Translations under genes and position numbers: made by a program
Notes under the pieces: model-generated
What the model was told of the DNA's origin: nothing
What the model saw: the letters and a program-made list of their open reading frames with translations, nothing else
The model's database searches: none
Shown: positions 38,791-49,967 of the stretch, one piece after another
Position numbering within the stretch: the stretch's first letter is position 1
How the letters are laid out: every line of letters begins with the position of its first letter
Origin: a virus
Strand: one strand, 5' to 3'
Length of the DNA stretch: 64,000 nucleotides
IMG/VR virus record: IMGVR_UViG_3300028146_000010
Location: 8,992-72,991 of that record

Positions 38791-38794
38791 GTCC

Positions 38795-39718
38795 TTAATT
38801 ATCAACGCTAATTGGGTGATCCTCTGCTATTTTCAGAGGGGGACGGTCTGAGCGTTCATAAACGCCAGCGTCCAGCGGAGTGAGAACTTGATTTTTTACG
38901 CAGTCCGTCATGGCGCGATCCCCGGTCTTTTCGCTCACGTTCAAAGCCTTCGCCCATGCGATAATTTCAGACCGCAGTACCACGCTTCCCGCGCTCAGAG
39001 CCTCGATTCTCAGTTTCAGGGCCGCGCTTGGCTTGACTGAGGCAAGGGGCACTAACACGCCGTTGTTTCCAAACACGTAGCCGTGAGTCTCAGACGCCGC
39101 ATTACGGGGCAAGATTTTGACTTTGATGTTGCCTGTGGATTCTTCCAGTTGAACGGTGATGATCGTATCGGAGTACGCGCCCCACGCGACCGAGCCAAGG
39201 ATTAACTCTCGGGAATGCTGAAAGCCTTCGTCCAGTTTCATCTTTGGCGAGTGGGCGATGCCGAGGATTGTTATCTTCCGTTTCGCGCACAGCGTGGCGC
39301 TCTTTTTCAACAGTCCAGCCACGGGCGCATAGCTGTTCCCTTTGTCGCCTACCAACGTCTGATAGCCCTCCACGATAAAGAACTTGGCGTCTGGGTAGAC
39401 TTTCAGGGCCGCGTCAATGACACCTGCGATGGTTGCAACAGTGGATTCTATATCCTCTTGGCAGATAGTTCGAGTGATGATGTCGGCTAGTCCTAGTCGT
39501 TCCAATGTGCGCGTGACAGATGAACGCGAGCGGTCGAGGCTGATATAGACGTAAGGAACGGGATGCGATTCGTGACCAAATACCGGATCGCCGTTCTGCC
39601 AGTCGGCTAGAGTCTGGAAAATGAGCGTGGTCTTACCTGAGCCGGACGATCCGCCAAGCAAGTGGATTTCATTCGCAGGCAGTATTCCTTCTATAAGGAA
39701 CTCAGGTGAATCAGGCAA
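38795..39718 (-). CDS. RepA/AAA_25-type SF4 helicase with C-terminal winged helix
   Basis: EFLIEGILP, Walker A GGSSGSGKT, ILGIAHSPK, ILGSVAWGAYSD. Confidence 0.85.
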   Translation of the reverse strand: MPDSPEFLIEGILPANEIHLLGGSSGSGKTTLIFQTLADWQNGDPVFGHESHPVPYVYISLDRSRSSVTRTLERLGLADIITRTICQEDIESTVATIAGVIDAALKVYPDAKFFIVEGYQTLVGDKGNSYAPVAGLLKKSATLCAKRKITILGIAHSPKMKLDEGFQHSRELILGSVAWGAYSDTIITVQLEESTGNIKVKILPRNAASETHGYVFGNNGVLVPLASVKPSAALKLRIEALSAGSVVLRSEIIAWAKALNVSEKTGDRAMTDCVKNQVLTPLDAGVYERSDRPPLKIAEDHPISVDN

Positions 39719-39721
39719 ACG

Positions 39722-40057
39722 CTACCACTCCCACGGCTTGCGCCGTCGATTCTTCCGATTATGCATAACGTTATCGGTAGGCTCATAGCGCCTGATCATG
39801 TATTGCTCTACGATGTCCAAATCTTGAGGCTCAAGAGCAATCCACGCGACGTGACAATCGGCTAAAAACCATCCTCGCTTCTTACAGCGACGGCGCAAGG
39901 ACGTAGCCTTACCGATATACATGATGCCGTATTTAGGGTGAATAAGAATGTAGACGCCTGAGCGATCCGGCAACCTGCCGCATAAGGCATCTATGACCCG
40001 CCGACTACCGAAACAAACGGGCTTGCTGAGAATCTCACGCAGCCTTTCGTTTTCCAT
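39722..40057 (-). CDS. GIY-YIG nuclease family protein
   Basis: LPDRSGVYIL...MYIGKATSLRRR...EQYMIRRYEPTDN. Confidence 0.85.
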   Translation of the reverse strand: MENERLREILSKPVCFGSRRVIDALCGRLPDRSGVYILIHPKYGIMYIGKATSLRRRCKKRGWFLADCHVAWIALEPQDLDIVEQYMIRRYEPTDNVMHNRKNRRRKPWEW

Positions 40058-40220
40058 TTTTGCGCGCTTTGTAGCGGTCGATTTGAGATTGCTTGATAAG
40101 CCACACGCCGCCAATGTTTACCGCTTCGATTCGGCCCGCAATGATTAGCTGGCGGATTCGACTGTCGGTAACGCCTAGCTGTGCGCCTGCTTCTGTGGTG
40201 GTTACACGTCCTGCAATCAT
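40035..40220 (-). CDS. HTH_17/excisionase-like DNA-binding protein, leaderless
   Basis: TTTEAGAQLGVTDSRIRQLIIAGRIEA..IGGVWLI; upstream TTGACA-N18-TATACT-7nt-ATG. Confidence 0.8.
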   Translation of the reverse strand: MIAGRVTTTEAGAQLGVTDSRIRQLIIAGRIEAVNIGGVWLIKQSQIDRYKARKNGKRKAA

Positions 40221-40227
40221 GGTTGGC

Positions 40228-40321
40228 AGTATACTTTCATCTTCGTTAACCTGTCAACCGAAAACTTTCTCACGCAATCGTTAACTTTTCTCTTGACACC
40301 CACTCCCCGCCGTGGTAAGTT
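40228..40321. promoter_or_regulatory. divergent sigma70-type promoter pair
   Basis: minus strand TTGACA-N18-TATACT; plus strand TTGACA-N17-TAAGTT. Confidence 0.65.
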
Positions 40322-40347
40322 GCTGGCACGATGAAAGGAACAATCGA

Positions 40348-40707
40348 ATGTATCCACGAACTAACTATGAAATGACTGAGGATGATTTGAAAGCAATCCT
40401 CGCCGCGTGCAAGCCCACGCCCGTCATGTTTCTTTCCGGTGGTACGCCGATGGGGCCGTCTCAACAGGAGAACGCTAATCGAGCATGGGCGGAACTCGGC
40501 AAACGCATGGGCTTCGATTATATGACCGTGCGGCCCGTTGCAGGTAAAAGCCAACGGTTCTTTACGGCAGTGCCTAGCGAGACGGAAGCGCAGTGCACCG
40601 AACGGCTAGCGCGTGAGGCCGAGGAAAAGCGGCAAACGGAAATCATCAAACTCCAAACCGAAATAAGTGAGCGACAGGACAAGTTGGCCGCGCTAGAAAA
40701 CTTATGA
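40348..40707 (+). CDS. phage protein (SQQENANRAWxxLG..MGF motif)
   Basis: RBS AAAGGA; recognisable phage family of unknown function. Confidence 0.65.
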   Translation: MYPRTNYEMTEDDLKAILAACKPTPVMFLSGGTPMGPSQQENANRAWAELGKRMGFDYMTVRPVAGKSQRFFTAVPSETEAQCTERLAREAEEKRQTEIIKLQTEISERQDKLAALENL

Positions 40708-43700
40708 CTAACTATAAATGGTACATCGGCACTATGAACGATGGCTTATTCATTATCGATCAGCCGCCACAGCCAGCACCAATTGACTACGCCTGCGGAA
40801 TTGACCACGACGTTAATGTTATCGCCGCGATGGGTAACGACCGCATTAGAACAGAGGCTATTGTTGCGGCGCACAATGAAACTATCGGGCGTTGCGCAAA
40901 GTGTCAAATGCTCATTGCTTGCGAGCATGGCAATCATTACGCGGTAGAAGAAACTTAACAGCTGCACTCCACGCCGGGCGTATGGTGGATGGCGGAAAGG
41001 GAGAACAAAATGAAAAACTGTCGTGCATGTGGGATTAACATTGACGATGATGAGATTTGCGACGAGTTGGGCCTGTGCTCTCTGTGTTCTGAATTAAACG
41101 TGCTAGCTCAGGACTTTGGCTATGACGAAATCCGACGAGTGTTGCCGATGCTGGAAGAGTTAGGTAGCCGCGAGTCTGAAACTTTAGGTGAGTCGAGCGT
41201 GGCGTAACCGCCGCCGCCCCTCAGCGAGCGGGGTGAAGGATGACGAACGGAGAGTTGACATGGTAAAGCAACGATTAAGAATTGGCAGTCACGTAAGACT
41301 CATTCGGACGCCAAAAGCGGGAACGGCCAAGATCGTCAAACGTCTTAGTGATATTAGAGGCGGTGTGGTGCTGGATAGTAAGCTGGACGGTTTCCGATGT
41401 TGGAATATCCAAGACCTTGAGCGCGTGCCCCAAGACAGGAAGGTTGCATGAGTGAAGTGAAGGACAGACCGCCGCAACAGCATAGTTTCGTACCGGGAAC
41501 GGGTACGGCACGAGATAGCAATGAACCCGCGTGCGCAGTGTGCTTTAACGAGGAATCGTTTATTTACCATCAACAGCTGCCGCCTAATCAGTGCGCGGAC
41601 TGTCAGGCAGGCGGATATTTCCACATGGGCAAAGGCAACGTGAATTTAATTTACCTCTGCCCTCGCCACGCTGCGGTTGACGAGCTAGTAGAGGCGCTGC
41701 AACGAATTGCCAGATCGCCCGATCACTTAGGCGCGGCATTCGTCAACGATTTTGCCGTTAAGATAGCTACCGCTGCTCTTGCTGTTATTGAAAGGCAAGG
41801 ACTATGAGTGAAGTGAAGGAAGTTGCGCCACAGCGTAAATGGTATTGGAGCGATGCTGGTTATCCCTTGCGTTTCCGAATGCCCGAAGAGGTCGAAACAT
41901 GGCATCCCAGCGTTGCCTATCCGGTTAGTCAACCAGAAGGGATATTTACGCGAATCTTGTGGCCCTACGGCGCTTTGTACGACACGAAATCAGAAGCGTT
42001 AAGAGCGGCGATTGCTGCGCAAGAGAAATGCGTCGAACAAGCCACTGACAGACTGAACCGACTCCGCGCTGCTCTCGCCTCAGTTACAGAAGGGAAGGGT
42101 GGGAAGTGAGCAGTTATTGTCCTGATTGTGGTGAGCGAGCTTGTAATCGCGGAGTCTGCTCGAACTGCCAAGAAGAATTGTATATCGCGTCATTTCAAAG
42201 CGAGTACATCGACGAACCATTATCAGATGAATTCATGGACAAAGCCGCCGAGCAGAGAAGGTATTTGAATCAACGCGAAATGGAACGGGAGCCGAAGCAA
42301 TGAGTACAGCAATCACCCACATACACGCCGCCCTAGACCTGAGAGCGCGAGAACTGGTGGAAGCGGCCAGAATCCGCCAGCTTGAGGAATGTGAGATTTC
42401 AGCTTTAGCAAGCCTCTGCGATCCGCCAAATGCCGAAGGCTGGATAACCTCTGAATGCCACGAGTGCTTGGAAATCGAGACACTGAAAGGCTCGCAACGG
42501 GAACTGGCCGAGCATCTCTACAACGCAGGATATATGGTCTATCACAGGCAGATGATTTGCCGGGAGTGTCAGGCGCGATGAGCATACTTATCTGCAACTG
42601 CGGCGAACCCGCTACCAGCGAACGAGACGACGGAACGCCGATCTGTGACGAGTGTAGGCCGAGTCCGACCCCGTGTTCCAAGTGCGGCAGACCAACGACA
42701 TTTGATCCGACTTACGGCAATTTATGTTATCGGTGTATCAGGGCGGACAATGAGTGAGGGGTTGAGCATGGAGAGTAAATCACCAGAGCAGCCGTCTTTC
42801 TTCGTTATATTGTACTGGAGCATCTTATTCTTGAATCTACTGTTGATGACGGTTTGGGATATCAAGCCAATGCACCGAGCGATTGACCAGATCGAAAGGA
42901 TGGCCCCGTGCAGTCAAACAAAGTGAACCCGCAATCAGGTGACAAGCGCGAACTGAATCGCATCCGTCGTAACATCAACGATCCGTCTCATTACGGCAAG
43001 GTGGTTAATGGTGTTCACACTTGGGACGTGGCTGAAATCTTCAAAGACTTTCGCGCCGTGATTCAGATAGCGCGTCGGGCGCTTAAAGCAAAGGAAACAA
43101 AGTGAACCAATCACCAGAAGATAGTCAGGGAGGGCGACCCGTGAATGATGGCAAGTTCTATGTAATTACGCACGGCCCGTCTCAATCTTATGTTTCTACA
43201 GTTCACACTTCAGACTGTCCGATGTTTAAGCGTTTCAGACATGCGCACGTGTGGGATCGAGACCCGCGCCGTGAAGATAAGTTTAATAAATATCATAGCT
43301 GTCCGCGTTGTACGGGTAAGACTGAAAACAGGAGAGATAGGTATGACCCCTCAATCACCATCAGCCACCACACCGGCAGTGAGGGCAGCGGAGAAAGTCG
43401 TTGACGATATTGATTTCAACGGGCCGTCTTCTTATTCCCTGCGCCAGCAGAAGGTAGAGCATTTTGCATCTTTGATTGATGTGGAATTTGCCGAGGTAAT
43501 GGACGTGCTGCGTGAGGCGCGGAAGTCGGCCTTGATTACTAGATACGCTCGTATTCCGAATAGTTCTTGAACAGAATGCCGTATGTGTAAATGGAGCGGG
43601 AGACACGCCTGAGACAGTCGGCCATAGCAGTAGCTGTTGGGTCAGCCAAGGCGCAGAGATTATTGGAGGGCGAAGAATGAAACTGGAACAATTCTTAGAT

Positions 43701-45485
43701 GAAGTTACGCCAACTCCGGTCGTTTCAATAAGGCCGGAAGACTACTATACGGTTCTAATCGAACGCAGCGGTGCGGCAGACGGAGGAAAGTTAAAGATGT
43801 CGGAAATTAAAGCACTCGCCCTTAAAGCGGAAATCCGTGATGCCGTAGAAAGCGGCGACAGCGGTGCGCTAGTTGACGTGCTAATAGAAATCGTGGATTG
43901 GATGGTCGAGTTTGAGGATGAGTTAAGAGGAGATGTCGGCCTATGACCACCCAACCTGACCAGCGGCAATGCGTGAAGTGGAGGAAACGATGAGTAGTGA
44001 ACCAAACAGCCAATTAACAGCCGAGCGCCCGGACATCTGGGATCGTGCCGTCACTCTTGCTACATCGGTAGAACCACAGCCACGGCGGGAGAGTGAACGG
44101 CAGATTCGTTGTCACAGTCCACTGTGCTCGTTTACTTATTCACCTCCTGATTGTGAGATGTGCGGCGGAACTGGTTGGCACTTCTGCAACTGTCAGAACG
44201 AAACATGGAGGATCATCAATCAGAAATGGAGAAAGGTCGCCGATGATCCATCGTTATTGACGAAGGAAGAGGCCGATCTGGTTATTGGAGCAATTCCGTT
44301 AAATGCACTGCCTCGGCAAGAAAAATGTGAACATGCTATTTCACTGACTGAAGACTACGTGGGCCTGACTAAAGATTGTCCGATACATGGCGTACAGGCT
44401 ATTCGTAATCATCCACGCAGACTCCGAGCGACGGAAAGCGAAACAGCTCTCAGCCGAGCAGGAGGATGAATAAATGGCCGATCTGTTAACAGAACAACTT
44501 TATGGCGAAGGGGCGTTTCGTGCCATCGGTAAATTCATCGTGCATGGAGATGGGCCGCACAAACGCAATGTTCACCTCTTCGCGGGAGTGATTGCCGGGG
44601 ATGCGCCACAAGGAGCAGACGGTAATCATCAAATGTGGGAGTGCGAAATCATCGTAATTCCTCGTCGCAAATTTCGAGACGACGGACGATTCAATGGTCA
44701 TCGCATAGACCAATTACTTACCGGGCACTTTGGCGATAGGGAGATGTGGGAACAACCGCCATATTGGGAGAAAAACGATGTCTGAAATAGACGAACTCAA
44801 AAAAGAGATTGAGCGACTAACCAAAGTGGAAGGTCGCCAACGAAAGTTGATTGAGCGCAACCAGATACTTGAACTGGAACTTGCGCGAGTCGCCGCTCCC
44901 GTCGCCGCTAGTGAAGGGGAGGGTGAGTACATTGAGCACGAATGCTCGCATCAAACGCTAGCAGAGTGTTGTGAACTGTGCGTACAGAACGATCAGATAA
45001 CCATCGCCAATCTGTCAGGCAGAGTCGCGGAACTTGAATTGCAACTCGCCGTCGCTACCGCTTCCAATGGCAGCGAGGTTGTTCGAGACTCTGGAAAGGT
45101 GGAACAAGATGCGTAGTCCAAAAGCAATCAAGCAATGCGCGGAATGGCTGAGATGCTGTCTCAGCATTGGATGGGCGAAAGCCGATCTTGATGCGCTTGA
45201 AAGTCTGTGGTGGCAGTATCACGATGAGAATGGAGAGTTGAAATAGCAATGCCTGAGCCTACCCCAGAGATACGGGAGAAGGCGGAGCAACCTGATGCGA
45301 TAATTTCGCCCATACCTGACGAGCTTTGCCCGCATGTTGAGCTAGGCGAGGAAATGGTGGGCGGGTTCGTCTTTGATGCTGAGAGTCCGAAGGTGAGTGT
45401 TGGCATGTGTGCCCTGTGTCTCACTACCTGTCAAGCGGAGTTCGTGACCGCAGAGCCATTTCATCTGTACCGGAGAACACAATGA
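40704..45485 (+). CDS. dense run of about 20 small early hypothetical genes, many Cys-rich
   Basis: coupled ORFs with ATGA/GTGA overlaps and RBSs, e.g. 41448-41807, 41804-42109, 42106-42303, 43677-43946, 44474-44785. Confidence 0.5.
43343..43680 (+). pseudogene. disrupted small zinc-binding gene
   Basis: TGA at 43568 precedes TECRMCKW; the ..GDTPETVGHSSSCWV and AKAQRLLEGEE segments lie in shifted frames. Confidence 0.4.
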
Positions 45486-46177
45486 GCGAAGACTATGATC
45501 GGTTGAAAGCTCGCAAGGATATGCTGGCTGAAAAAAGAACAACGTGCCGCTATCGTCCCGCCTCCACTCCGGCACTGGCAGATGAGGAGATGGATGAGAT
45601 ACTGGCGAGATGTGAGAAGGCGACGCCTGATCTTATTTTACCTGAAGACGGAACATCAGTGACGGCTGAGCACCTTGTGGGGCCGATTGCCGAGTTCTAT
45701 ATTGTGGGCGCAAACGTAGCAGATCGGGAAACGCTTATAGCCCGAGCGCAAGCCAATGCTCAGTTTTATTTTCATGCCCGCACGGACATTCCCCGCTTAG
45801 CCGCACGGGTGAGGGAAGCGGGGGCGGAGGCGCAATCCGCGTTCAACCAAGGCGCGTGCGCGATGGCAGAACAAGCGGCGCAGCATGTCAAGCGGAAAGC
45901 CGATGAATGGCGAATAGTGGCCGCTGAATATGAGCAAGCAGGACGCAGCGGAAAGGTACAGCGAGAACGTGCGCTCGTATTAGACGCTATCGTTGAGGAG
46001 ATTCGATCTCTTCCCGTTGCCGCTGAACTCGCCCGCCTCACCCCAACCAGAGAAGCAGCGGAGGCGAAGGCGCGGGAAATCGTCAGTGATGTAACTAACA
46101 AGTACGGCGCGATCTATCCAACTCAAGATTTAGTTGACCGCATTGCCGCTGCGATCTCAGGAGAGGGGATGAAGTGA
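45482..46177 (+). CDS. Ead/Ea22-like protein
   Basis: EILARCEKATP...ANAQFYFHARTDIPRLAARVR. Confidence 0.55.
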   Translation: MSEDYDRLKARKDMLAEKRTTCRYRPASTPALADEEMDEILARCEKATPDLILPEDGTSVTAEHLVGPIAEFYIVGANVADRETLIARAQANAQFYFHARTDIPRLAARVREAGAEAQSAFNQGACAMAEQAAQHVKRKADEWRIVAAEYEQAGRSGKVQRERALVLDAIVEEIRSLPVAAELARLTPTREAAEAKAREIVSDVTNKYGAIYPTQDLVDRIAAAISGEGMK

Positions 46178-46391
46178 AAATTAAGTTCTACGACGAGGAG
46201 TTACCACGCAAGCCGAGTGAGGATCATTCCGTATGTCCTTATCGCCTGCGCATTTTGCTTTGATGCGGCAGGGAAGCATCCCTCGCGGAGTCTGCTTAGC
46301 GGGAACGCAACGGATTGGCTGATCGCCCTTCTGAAAATAAAGTGAAATTGGGTATTGACACGCTCACTCACACATGTTAATCTTTGCGCCC

Positions 46392-46538
46392 ATGACGAAA
46401 CAAAGACCACTTTGTAGTAATTGCGGCAGCGGTAATTTAGTTTACCGCGAGAGAGATAAGACCTTTCTCTGTCGGCGTTGTGGGCAACGGTTTAAGGGCG
46501 TGCAAGCGCGCACTGGAAAGAAGGCGGGGAATGGCTGA
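46392..46538 (+). CDS. 48-aa zinc-ribbon protein, leaderless, not in the ORF track
   Basis: TTGACA-N17-TAATCT (46355-46383) then ATG; CSNCGS...FLCRRCG. Confidence 0.6.
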   Translation: MTKQRPLCSNCGSGNLVYRERDKTFLCRRCGQRFKGVQARTGKKAGNG

Positions 46539-46922
46539 CTGTTTACGACCAAGCGTGGCGTTGCTATCGAAGCTGGGGTCTATCGTTATCCACTTGGACG
46601 AGGCGCTATCAAGTGACGGCCACTACTTTGACAAGGTTTCGCTTGAACAGTTACAGAGCGATCCTGAAGTGGCTGCGTGGATTAAGTCGATGGACGCTAT
46701 GGCGCTAATACCTAAAAAGAGAAGTGAGACGAAAAGGTAGATAATGGCAACGGCAATGGGCCTGCTGCGGCGACTATTCCACGAACCCTGCGATGAGGTG
46801 TTGGTTGACATGGCCTTTGACGACCGTGGGATTTGGCTATCTTATGAATGCGCGGTTTGTCGGACGGTTCGTAAGTATTATCTGCTTGGAGAGCGGCGGG
46901 GAGAAACGAAGGTTGAAAATAA

Positions 46923-47777
46923 ATGACAACAAAAGCACAACCAGCGGTCGAAACAGCCGACCTAGCCATCGGCCAACCACAACCCTTTGATGAGTCGCTC
47001 AAGATGGCGGCGTACGGCGTCACGGGGGGCCGCAAGACGTTACAGATTGGTCATCTAATCGAGACGTTTGGCGCTGAGAACGTCGGCATAATCAACTGCG
47101 AGCATGGGTTGGGCACCATCGGCAGCTTGACCGACAAACGCTACGTGTACGTCGCGCACAACTTGGCCGACTTGCGTGCTGCGTGGGGTTGGGCTAACGA
47201 ACGGTTTACAGGCCGCGACCAATGGGTGTGCGTGGATGGCGGGTCACGGGCGCTCGACTGGATCAACCACGCCATATTCAAGGGTGCGCAGGATGCGCTC
47301 GAAGGGTTGATTGATAATCCGCAGCGTAACCTGCTCGACGCGGACATCCGCAAGTACGCCAGCTATGTGAGCAAGGATATGGATTTGAATAGCCAGCAGA
47401 TGTGGTGGCGCACGGGGTACGAGTGCTCACAACTACTCGACGCGTTCATCAAGATCGGCAGCAACATGTACTGGACGTTTTGGGAAGATCAGACCTCCAT
47501 CAGCCAGTACGTCAAGGGTGCGCCGTGGATACCTGAGACACCGGGCAAGGGCGCGCTGAACGCGGTCAAAGGGGCGTTCGACTTCATCTTCCGGCTGGTG
47601 CCGAGCGGCGACAGTGTGACCGCCATCTTTCGCAACCCACAGGGTAATAACGCCAATTACACCAAGACGCGGGATGATTGGCGCGGCGGTGTTAAGCTGC
47701 CCGATACCATACCGAATTTTAATCTGGGTGAACTCGTGAAGCTCATCCGTCCGACCAACAACCAACCAACCGAATAA
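46923..47777 (+). CDS. AAA_24 / Sak4-like single-strand annealing ATPase
   Basis: MAAYGVTGGRKT Walker A-like, WVCVDGGS Walker B, GAFDFIFRL, YTKTR, TIPNFNL. Confidence 0.7.
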   Translation: MTTKAQPAVETADLAIGQPQPFDESLKMAAYGVTGGRKTLQIGHLIETFGAENVGIINCEHGLGTIGSLTDKRYVYVAHNLADLRAAWGWANERFTGRDQWVCVDGGSRALDWINHAIFKGAQDALEGLIDNPQRNLLDADIRKYASYVSKDMDLNSQQMWWRTGYECSQLLDAFIKIGSNMYWTFWEDQTSISQYVKGAPWIPETPGKGALNAVKGAFDFIFRLVPSGDSVTAIFRNPQGNNANYTKTRDDWRGGVKLPDTIPNFNLGELVKLIRPTNNQPTE

Positions 47778-47791
47778 GGAGAACCGAAACG

Positions 47792-48250
47792 ATGAGTCAA
47801 GTTGACTATAGCGCATATGATGATTTCCTGAAAGATGCTGACAAGGACAACCGGGTGGGTGACCACGAGGCGGTCATCAGCTCGATTGTGGATGACACAT
47901 GGCCTTCGGGTGACGCCCGCAAGAAGGTGATGTTCACACTCAGTACGGCCAATAATGCCGTGGCCGACCTGACCATTAGCGATTTGCCGTCACCTGAGAC
48001 TTTAGCCGCAGAGGGCGCGGGTTACGATGCTGGCAAGAAGAAAGCTATCGCTAGCGGCATCAACATTCGCAAACAGCTTGCGACGCATTACGGCAAGACC
48101 ACGGACGATCTGGCCGAAGGTGACGGGTTTAAGGTGAAAACCATTAAGACCCGCGTGGACGCCGAGGGTAAGGGCGGATTCATCCGAGTGATCGCCTTTC
48201 TGCCAAAAGACCACGCCGTCAACGGCAAGAAGTCGGATATTCCCTTCTAA
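47792..48250 (+). CDS. single-stranded DNA-binding protein (DUF669-like)
   Basis: follows Sak4-like gene; GDHEAVI; C-terminal SDIPF tail. Confidence 0.7.
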   Translation: MSQVDYSAYDDFLKDADKDNRVGDHEAVISSIVDDTWPSGDARKKVMFTLSTANNAVADLTISDLPSPETLAAEGAGYDAGKKKAIASGINIRKQLATHYGKTTDDLAEGDGFKVKTIKTRVDAEGKGGFIRVIAFLPKDHAVNGKKSDIPF

Positions 48251-48259
48251 GGAACGCCA

Positions 48260-49051
48260 ATGCCAATCACCGCATGGGATTGTCCTGAATGCCACCGAGC
48301 AGCGCCGCTTGACCATTACGAGTCGGGCGGTGCCTGCTCGCTGGCTGTTCACCCGGATTACGTGGCTGCGGTGCTGGCGGATAGCGCCAAGCGGGCTGAT
48401 AAAGCATGGCCCACGGTAACGATGGGGCTAGGTTGTGTTCGGGCCGCAGCCATCCAGCAGGACGAGGATGTATCTATCAACCCGCTGGACGTGAACGCTA
48501 TGCTGACGGGTAGCGCGTGGCACGCGGTAATGGATCGTGGGGCACCGGATAACGAGGTAGAAGTCAGCGGGCAATTAGGCGGTATGGTGGTCACGGGCAC
48601 GATTGACCGCGTGCGCAAACTAGCCGATGGGCGGGTGATTATCGAAGATTGGAAACATGGCAATTGCTTCAGCCGCAAGTACGCCACGGCTGCTAAGCCG
48701 GAACATGTGGTGCAGGTGAGTTTGTATGCCGAGTTGTACGCCCAGATGTACGACATTAAGCCGAGTGCCGGGGTTGTTTGGTATCACTACACGTCATCAC
48801 CCGCGCTGATACCTCGCGCCGTGGAGCTATGGAACGTTGAGCGATGCTTAGCCCATCACCCTTACGACGCCGATTGGACGGTCGGGCAACTGCTCCGATT
48901 GGCCGATGACTACGATAACCGTTGCGTTCCGGCCAAGTGGCAGGACTTGCCGTTGGTGGGCGCAACCATCAAGTTTGGTAACAAGACGGGTTGTGAGTAT
49001 TGCTCGGTTAGAGCGATCTGCATGACCGCTGCGACGGGGGCACCGTTCTAG
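48260..49051 (+). CDS. PD-(D/E)XK exonuclease (Cas4/RecB-like, probable Fe-S)
   Basis: GSAWH, TGTIDRV, IEDWKHG, QVSLYA, CEYCSVRAIC. Confidence 0.85.
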   Translation: MPITAWDCPECHRAAPLDHYESGGACSLAVHPDYVAAVLADSAKRADKAWPTVTMGLGCVRAAAIQQDEDVSINPLDVNAMLTGSAWHAVMDRGAPDNEVEVSGQLGGMVVTGTIDRVRKLADGRVIIEDWKHGNCFSRKYATAAKPEHVVQVSLYAELYAQMYDIKPSAGVVWYHYTSSPALIPRAVELWNVERCLAHHPYDADWTVGQLLRLADDYDNRCVPAKWQDLPLVGATIKFGNKTGCEYCSVRAICMTAATGAPF

Positions 49052-49503
49052 TGGCTGACTTCCCGCGCATTGTGGTGGACACTCGTGAGCAAATACCGCT
49101 GGACTTCGGGGCCGACGTTCCAACCGTGCGCCGCAAGCTCGACAGCGGGGATTACAGTCTCGAAGGATTTGACAAGTACGTGAGTGTCGAGCGAAAGAAT
49201 TGGGCGGATGCGTGGGGGTCGATGTCGGCTGGTCGTGGGCGGTTTGAACGGTGTGTTGAGCGGCTGGCAAAGCTCGATAGAGCAGCCATCGTCATTGAAT
49301 GTACGCTAGCGGGCCTGTGCGAGCGACCCATGCAAATCCAGCGGACGAACGCGGCCAGCGTGGTTGGCGGGTTTATCAGTTACAGTGCGCAGTACGCCAT
49401 CCCGGTGTTCTTTTGTGGTAATCGAGAGTTTGCCGCCCGAGTGACTCTGAGATTCCTAGCCAGTTGGCATAAACACCGACGGCTGATAGCAACGCGGAGA
49501 TAG
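49051..49503 (+). CDS. ERCC4/XPF-family nuclease
   Basis: IVVDTREQ, LDSGDYS, SVERK, IVIE. Confidence 0.9.
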   Translation: MADFPRIVVDTREQIPLDFGADVPTVRRKLDSGDYSLEGFDKYVSVERKNWADAWGSMSAGRGRFERCVERLAKLDRAAIVIECTLAGLCERPMQIQRTNAASVVGGFISYSAQYAIPVFFCGNREFAARVTLRFLASWHKHRRLIATRR

Positions 49504-49606
49504 AACGGCGGTTGGCGGACGCGCAGGCCAATCGTGCTCAGTTTCACGTAGCAGATTAATCCACCTATGACTTTGGGGAGTGGATTGCGGGGCGTGAGGC
49601 GGAAAC

Positions 49607-49819
49607 ATGCAAGCTAACAGAACTATTGTAACGCGAGTGAAAGCCGCTGTGAAAGCGGGCATTCCCGTCACTGTGGACGGCTGGCTGGTTCGTGATGCAC
49701 GGATATTTGAAGGTGAAATAGAATTCGACTGGGCCGGGACGCCCGAGTCGCTATGGACTGCCGTTCAGCCGAATTTCATGGCGACCGTGGACGGGAAGTT
49801 GGTTATTGAAACGGATTAA
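49607..49819 (+). CDS. small hypothetical protein
   Basis: 70 aa, RBS GAGG. Confidence 0.5.
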   Translation: MQANRTIVTRVKAAVKAGIPVTVDGWLVRDARIFEGEIEFDWAGTPESLWTAVQPNFMATVDGKLVIETD

Positions 49820-49822
49820 GGG

Positions 49823-49927
49823 TTCCCCGCCCACCACCCCACGGGCCAGTCTGACTACCAGTGAGTTGCTATTGCGCACGGTCAGTCGGCGGCTTCGTTC
49901 CAAGCAAGGGGTGGTGGGTGTGGGGAA
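49823..49927 (+). ncRNA. structured RNA candidate A
   Basis: 18-bp closing stem TTCCCC-GCCCACCACCCC / GGGGTGGTGGGT-GT-GGGGAA with two internal hairpins. Confidence 0.5.
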
Positions 49928-49967
49928 TAAAGGGTCTTTGAGTTAAGTTTGCGGCGGTCATAGAGGG

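Noticed and set aside
40035-40220. Excisionase implying an integration module
   Set aside because: No integrase or att site is visible; generic HTH_17 regulator
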